This document shows, in pieces, positions 15,901-20,000 of a stretch of 20,000 nucleotides of DNA. The stretch is taken from IMG/VR virus record IMGVR_UViG_3300017978_000236. The stretch is one strand, 5' to 3'. This stretch comes from an uncultured virus (IMG/VR IMGVR_UViG_3300017978_000236) (taxonomy: Duplodnaviria > Heunggongvirae > Uroviricota > Caudoviricetes > Crassvirales). The position numbers and the translations under genes are program-made. The notes beneath the pieces are model-generated. The model saw only the letters and a program-made list of their open reading frames with translations, was not told the origin of the DNA and made no database searches. Position 1 is the first letter of the stretch; the number at the start of each line of letters is the position of its first letter.

Positions 15901-17176
15901 TCCTATATATTACGACTATAATGATACTGGATATTATTTTAATCCTAATACAGATGCTTCCCATAGATTTCAAACGCCTAGCGGATATATTGATATAGGT
16001 CCAAAAAATAGCGGAACTTGTCATATATATACAGATAGATCTAGTTTTTATTTTAATAAAGATATACTTGTAAACGGAAGCACTGTATTAAATACAAGTA
16101 ATGCTCCAAGAGCTGCAAATTCTTATGTAATGTTTTACGAAGGATTTACATTGAATGCTAACGATATGAGCACGAACTCAACTGGGTTCACTTATTCAAA
16201 TAATGCCCCATGGACTGGACCTGTAGCTAGATTTAGTACTGGTGGTGGATATGATTTATGGTTAAACGCTAGTTATGGAAGTAACGGTACTGGATTATCT
16301 TATAGAACTAGAAATGGTGATGCTGGTTCATATAACAGTTGGCATAGAATATATTCGGACTCTTACAGACCTTATGCAGATGATTCTGGAACAACGGGTC
16401 AAAGAAGCTTTAACTACTTATACGCTAGTTCTTATTTAGAATCTGGAGGAGCTGTATATGGAACTATATTTTATGATAACAACAATAGAGGTTATTATAT
16501 GGATCCAGATGGTACATCTCAATTGTCATCTATATATACAAATAACTGGGTAAGAGTACAAGGTGATAGTGGAGTTTATTCTCAGGATTATGGTGGACAT
16601 CTTAGAAGACCAGTAAATGCTTCTCATGGTACATGGGAGATTTTTGGATATAACAAGAACGGTTATGCTGGAATGAATGTCTATGATCCACAAGGATATA
16701 ATAATAATTATATGCATGAGAGTGGTAATGGTGGACTTTATCAGCAAAACGGTAATGGCTGGATATACTATCACTCTAGAGGAAATGCGTGTTTGGGTAT
16801 CATGACTTCGTCAACGTCATCGGCATATAAATTATATGTTGGCGGATCAATTTACGCTGAAGGAGATATTGTTGCGTACTCTGATAGAAGAAAAAAAGAG
16901 AATATAATTACTGTAAATAATGCTTTAGATACTGTAAATAAACTAAGAGGAGTATACTATAATAGAATAGATGATAATTCTAAGAAAAGACAGATAGGTG
17001 TAATTGCTCAAGAAATACAAGAAGTATTACCTGAAGTTGTTACGTATGCTGAAGACCTTGACGAATATGGTGTGTCTTATGGAAATATAACAGGATTATT
17101 AATTGAAGCAATAAAAGAACAGCAAACACAAATAGAAGAATTAAAAGAATTAGTAAACAAATTAATAAATAAATAA
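12995..17176 (+). CDS. Long tail fibre with C-terminal intramolecular chaperone (Peptidase S74)
   Basis: 1393 aa G/S/N/T-rich; YSDRRKKENI autocleavage motif, GVIAQE...PEVV, terminal coiled coil. Confidence 0.9.
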   Translation: MSQKIKTSVEIDGSLSASQIANATTDTDKFLVSDGGTIKYRTGAELATDLGISAGVTSKVQHQVKAGVAINKGQAVYVTGADGTNMIVGLASNATEATSSKTMGLLNATVSANGFADVITEGLLDGLDTSTAVVGNPVWLGTGGNLIYGLANKPYAPAHLVFIGIVTRVNANNGEIFVKVQNGFELDEIHDIDLKTTTPINGHLLGYNGTLWVNKTIAGWLGYTPQAQLNGTGFVKASGTTITYDNTSYYPASNPNGYISTYTETDTLASVTGRGALTNTPISISAGTLNHLTLAERFNLVGGSNFHITNNAYYDSGFKYKFADLATKLALQADGILSYQTAVTGTIGAAVTFDTKFSVDSSGNLTVPGTLSASGYNKTNWDTAFGWGNHAGLYLGINSKAADSELLDGIDSTRVIFGDNSTGTISISDATLNGALKSGFYTVGTGGIPNATSVNFVLHTAYNGVGNAAGFDLACNDSTTSSFYLRPATGGGKGSWQTIVTSANIGSYAVPSSRTITINGVSQDLSSNRSWTVSGTVTSGVSITSAGSANNTPSTPSVNIGMYVDTYAFIDLATANSQGSWIDFSKADGSDYGGRIRYVNVSDYFSISAGANEQVRIFSSNAEALGSFRAPLFYDSNDTSYYVNPAGASILNGLKLVSSGDQASGNDYTLWIQGSSNDWGIAVDKPSSDYSSKWNLAASHSYGLQGLKNSSEYFRVGTDLMYHDTQMRSPIFYDNNNTGYYVDPASTSNLALLSLYGHDNQLKINTYSGGASGWFAQEAGVNKWETYHYQGRYRWYNYTTAQEEAFLDNSGGYFQVRTSMRAPVFYDSNDTTYYFDGSGGTRQSRYLTISGGGSGNNGNELVVGNTSVQYSLQDTNLRPIIQATGAYPVLTLNHTVTSNGSHGATVQFTSNGVGNQFVIGSSGNGSRLDIGTASNSNWNPHNGIDNYQGTTGWRMDTSGNVHNLVSNRSPIYYDYNDTGYYFNPNTDASHRFQTPSGYIDIGPKNSGTCHIYTDRSSFYFNKDILVNGSTVLNTSNAPRAANSYVMFYEGFTLNANDMSTNSTGFTYSNNAPWTGPVARFSTGGGYDLWLNASYGSNGTGLSYRTRNGDAGSYNSWHRIYSDSYRPYADDSGTTGQRSFNYLYASSYLESGGAVYGTIFYDNNNRGYYMDPDGTSQLSSIYTNNWVRVQGDSGVYSQDYGGHLRRPVNASHGTWEIFGYNKNGYAGMNVYDPQGYNNNYMHESGNGGLYQQNGNGWIYYHSRGNACLGIMTSSTSSAYKLYVGGSIYAEGDIVAYSDRRKKENIITVNNALDTVNKLRGVYYNRIDDNSKKRQIGVIAQEIQEVLPEVVTYAEDLDEYGVSYGNITGLLIEAIKEQQTQIEELKELVNKLINK

Positions 17177-17179
17177 ATA

Positions 17180-17548
17180 ATGGCAATTACGTACACATTT
17201 AAAGTAAACAAAATTGAAGTTGCTCCAGTACTTGGAGAATTAACGAATGTTGTAACAAGAGTTAGATATGATTATAAAGGAGTTGATGAAAATGGAGTTG
17301 AAGGTATATTTCCTGGAGTAACTCCGATGCCTTCTCCAACTGATGCTGCTTTTAAACCATTGGCTGATCTAGTAGAGGAAGATGTAATATCTTGGCTAGA
17401 GGTTCATGCAGACAAACATCACATGAAAGATGTAATTGGCAAGCAAATTAGCAGTAAAATTACACCTAAATATGTTGATACACCACTTCCATGGGTTGAA
17501 ATTGCAGAACCTGTTGAAGAGTTAGTTGAACCACAAGAAGAAGTATAA
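17180..17548 (+). CDS. Tail-fibre-associated protein
   Basis: Acidic 122 aa, F.P..DL.EEDVISW...LPW pattern, directly after the fibre gene. Confidence 0.7.
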   Translation: MAITYTFKVNKIEVAPVLGELTNVVTRVRYDYKGVDENGVEGIFPGVTPMPSPTDAAFKPLADLVEEDVISWLEVHADKHHMKDVIGKQISSKITPKYVDTPLPWVEIAEPVEELVEPQEEV

Positions 17549-17550
17549 TT

Positions 17551-18078
17551 ATGACAATGCCGTCATCAGGAACTATTAGAATGTCTCAAATCAATACTGA
17601 ATTGGGACGTTCTAGTACTGCTACAATATCATTAGATACAGCAGAGAATGGTGGATACGCTACTATAAACACTGCTAGTTCTAGTAGACCTAATGGTAGT
17701 AATCCAGCTTCTATGTCTGAATGGTATAGTTATAATCATAGCGCTTCATCTGGAACAACAATTACATGGAGATTAATAAGACCAACAACAACTGGAGGGG
17801 TGTTAACTATTAATAAAAATGGTTCTCAGGTAATTCAAACAAGTACAAATGGTGCTTCTGGAACATTTGTAGCAGCTATAGGAGATACTATATCTATTAC
17901 GTTAACAGAAGCTTTAAAAATAAGCGATAGAATAGATATTCTTGTAGATCAATACTCTTATGGAGGAGGTCAATTATATGAAGCAGTAGGTATAAATAAT
18001 GGACCACAGTCTTTAAGTTTTACTGTGCAAGCTATATATACACCATATTTTATAACAGGTCAGCAACAGTTCTGGTAG
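17551..18078 (+). CDS. Putative tail-tip/adhesin-like protein
   Basis: N-terminal SSG.I.MS.IN.ELG...S...SEWYSY module followed by a beta-rich domain. Confidence 0.6.
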   Translation: MTMPSSGTIRMSQINTELGRSSTATISLDTAENGGYATINTASSSRPNGSNPASMSEWYSYNHSASSGTTITWRLIRPTTTGGVLTINKNGSQVIQTSTNGASGTFVAAIGDTISITLTEALKISDRIDILVDQYSYGGGQLYEAVGINNGPQSLSFTVQAIYTPYFITGQQQFW

Positions 18079-18091
18079 AATTATTTAAAAA

Positions 18092-18661
18092 ATGATAAAT
18101 AAAAACATATTATTAGAAAAGTTACAGGATAATAAAATATCTGGTTTGTTAAATAAATTACCAACTACGCCTATAGAATTCGGTGGTTACAAAGCTGAAG
18201 TTAGTGAAAGTAATAATTATATTAACCTATACAATCCAGAAAATAAATTAATATTAGAAGATTTATCTTTTTATATTACGGTATTTACGCCTGAACTTTT
18301 AGATAAAGAATTTAATTCTATATTAATAGGAGGTTTAGGTTTAGGATTAATTCCTTTTGTAGTACAATATTTTTGTGAAACTATAGATGTTATTGAGAAT
18401 AATAATAATATAACACAAATTAATCAACAGTTAGGAGCTCTTGACTCTAAAGTTAATATTATCAATGATGATATATTTACTTTTCAACCTACCAAAATGT
18501 ATGATGTTATTGTAATGGATATATGGTACGAACCAATAACTATAGATGTTATAGATACATTAAACTCTATTTATTTTCCATTTTTAAATGAAGGAGGTTT
18601 TTTATATTATCCAATAAACGCAACAAGTAAAGAAGAATTACCAGTAATAATAAAAAAATAA
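18092..18661 (+). CDS. Spermidine-synthase-like class I SAM-dependent methyltransferase
   Basis: ILIGGLGLG (motif I), IDVIE, IINDDIF, YDVIVMDIW, LNEGG. Confidence 0.8.
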   Translation: MINKNILLEKLQDNKISGLLNKLPTTPIEFGGYKAEVSESNNYINLYNPENKLILEDLSFYITVFTPELLDKEFNSILIGGLGLGLIPFVVQYFCETIDVIENNNNITQINQQLGALDSKVNIINDDIFTFQPTKMYDVIVMDIWYEPITIDVIDTLNSIYFPFLNEGGFLYYPINATSKEELPVIIKK

Positions 18662-18662
18662 A

Positions 18663-18800
18663 ATGGCAAAAACAAAAAACGAATCTGTTAAGTTAGAAAA
18701 GAAAAAAATAAGTCGCCCTGGTGTTCATTCAAAAACAAAGACATCAAAGCTAAAAGACTCTAAAAATTATAAAAAAACATATAAAGGTCAAGGAAGATAA
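18663..18800 (+). CDS. Small basic protein (…RPGVHSK…KNYKKTYKGQGR)
   Basis: Manual translation, 45 aa; TAATG-coupled to the holin. Confidence 0.8.
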   Translation: MAKTKNESVKLEKKKISRPGVHSKTKTSKLKDSKNYKKTYKGQGR

Positions 18801-19234
18801 TGAAATATATTAACTACATCGCAACATCAATACTGTTATTATTCATGCCTATATATGGTTTACTTGTAGCAGTTGGAGCTTCTATAATATTAGATACATT
18901 TACTGGTATATTTAAAAGTATTAAACTACATGGTTGGTCTAGTATAAGAAGTAGAAAACTATCAAATGTGATAAGTAAAATGGCGTTATATGAAATATGT
19001 ATAATGTTCTTATTCCTTATGGATAAGTATGTATTGAATGAGTTTGTTAAACATGCATTCGGTTTTGATTTTATGTTTACCAAGGTTTGTGCGATTGTAT
19101 TAATATTTGTAGAGCTTGTATCTGTTAAAGAAAATATAGAGGAAACATTTAGTATTGATATATGGGCATTGTTAAAAAAAGCATTGAATAGAGCTAAAGA
19201 AACTAAAGATGATATAAATCAATTAACAAGCTAA
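18800..19234 (+). CDS. Holin (phage holin family 4-like)
   Basis: TM helices, D.FTG motif, ELVSVKEN; directly upstream of the endolysin. Confidence 0.85.
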   Translation: MKYINYIATSILLLFMPIYGLLVAVGASIILDTFTGIFKSIKLHGWSSIRSRKLSNVISKMALYEICIMFLFLMDKYVLNEFVKHAFGFDFMFTKVCAIVLIFVELVSVKENIEETFSIDIWALLKKALNRAKETKDDINQLTS

Positions 19235-19692
19235 TGCAATTATCTAAAAATCTATCACTAGCTGAAATGACTATTAGTTATGAAGCAAAAAGAAGAGGGA
19301 TTACTAATAATCCTACACAAGATCACTTAGCCAATATGAAAAAGCTAGCTGAGAACGTATTTCAGCCCATTAGAGAGCACTTTAAGTCTCCTATACATAT
19401 ATCTTCAGGTTACAGAAGTTTGACTCTTAATAAGGCTATAAAAGGCGCTGCAACAAGTCAGCACTGTTCAGGTGAAGCTATTGATATTGATATGGATGGG
19501 ACAAGTATTACAAATGCTCAAATATTTAGTTATGTAAAAGATAATTTGGTATTTGATCAATTGATATGGGAGTTTGGTACAGATAAAAATCCAGACTGGG
19601 TTCACGTGTCTTATGAGTCAAACGGTAAGCAAAGAAAACAAATACTTAAAGCAATCAGAAAAAATGGCAAAACGTCTTATATTAATTATTAG
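19234..19692 (+). CDS. Endolysin, peptidase M15 family
   Basis: SSGYRS, SQHCSGEAIDID, WVHVSY zinc-peptidase motifs. Confidence 0.92.
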   Translation: MQLSKNLSLAEMTISYEAKRRGITNNPTQDHLANMKKLAENVFQPIREHFKSPIHISSGYRSLTLNKAIKGAATSQHCSGEAIDIDMDGTSITNAQIFSYVKDNLVFDQLIWEFGTDKNPDWVHVSYESNGKQRKQILKAIRKNGKTSYINY

Positions 19693-20000
19693 TATATTAC
19701 TATTAGTTTCTTGTGCTTCTAGAAAAGTCGATGTATCAAAAATAGCAATCGAAACCAAAGTCGATAGCTCTGTTGTTGTTAAAGTTGATGGTACTTATGT
19801 TAAAGAAGCAAACGTAGCTACATTAGAAACTGAAGAAGAATTAGAATACAAACCAATCGATAGTTTAAAACCTATGGTTATTGATGGTAAGTCTTATACT
19901 AATACTATTATAAAGTCAAAGAAGAAAAAGACTGTTAAGATAGATAAAACCAAAGATATAGCTAAAGTCTCTTCTGTAAAAAAGTTAAATGTAAAAAGAG
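19664..20000 (+). CDS. Lipoprotein, putative spanin (3'-truncated)
   Basis: Manual translation MAKRLILIISILLLVSC-ASRK...; lipobox LVSC; overlaps the endolysin end; open to the window end. Confidence 0.7.
   Translation, partial: MAKRLILIISILLLVSCASRKVDVSKIAIETKVDSSVVVKVDGTYVKEANVATLETEEELEYKPIDSLKPMVIDGKSYTNTIIKSKKKKTVKIDKTKDIAKVSSVKKLNVKR

Noticed and set aside
445..16774. Antisense or out-of-frame ORFs (445-630, 2453-2635, 6912-7106, 8990-9253, 9024-9221, 9459-9728, 9611-9916, 9936-10313, 10931-11227, 14443-14649, 16526-16774; also 18814-19083)
   Set aside because: Shadows of better-supported genes on the other strand or frame.
12995..17176. Diversity-generating retroelement or shufflon acting on the tail fibre
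   Set aside because: No reverse transcriptase or invertase in the window, and no adenine-specific TR/VR pair seen; repeats are conserved mainly at protein level.
1..20000. Stop-codon reassignment
   Set aside because: Long genes are intact in the standard code and TAG terminates genes at 8434, 18078 and 19692 at plausible positions.

Overview
AT-rich segment of a tailed dsDNA phage, most likely infecting Bacteroidota/Flavobacteria (several TAnnTTTG -7 promoter boxes, AT-rich leaders without Shine-Dalgarno motifs). Left (1-3703, minus strand): small early-type genes, an M20/M28-type peptidase, and a ~560-nt non-coding block. That block holds a type II hammerhead ribozyme just after a stop codon, a densely paired ~460-nt RNA candidate, an intrinsic terminator and a 40-nt tRNA-like minihelix. 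A divergent, largely non-coding region follows (3704-4600). Next come a RepL-like HTH gene, a duplicated iteron-like element (1751-1827 and 5494-5570), and an operon with two candidate nucleotide-signal sponges (Acb4-like, Acb2/Tad1-like) ahead of phage groEL-groES. A winged-helix regulator is divergent from a late operon: small basic proteins, tail/tail-fibre genes (1393-aa modular fibre with an S74 chaperone), a spermidine-synthase-like methyltransferase, holin, M15 endolysin and a lipoprotein spanin candidate. All family assignments come from motif recognition by eye; no database searches were run.
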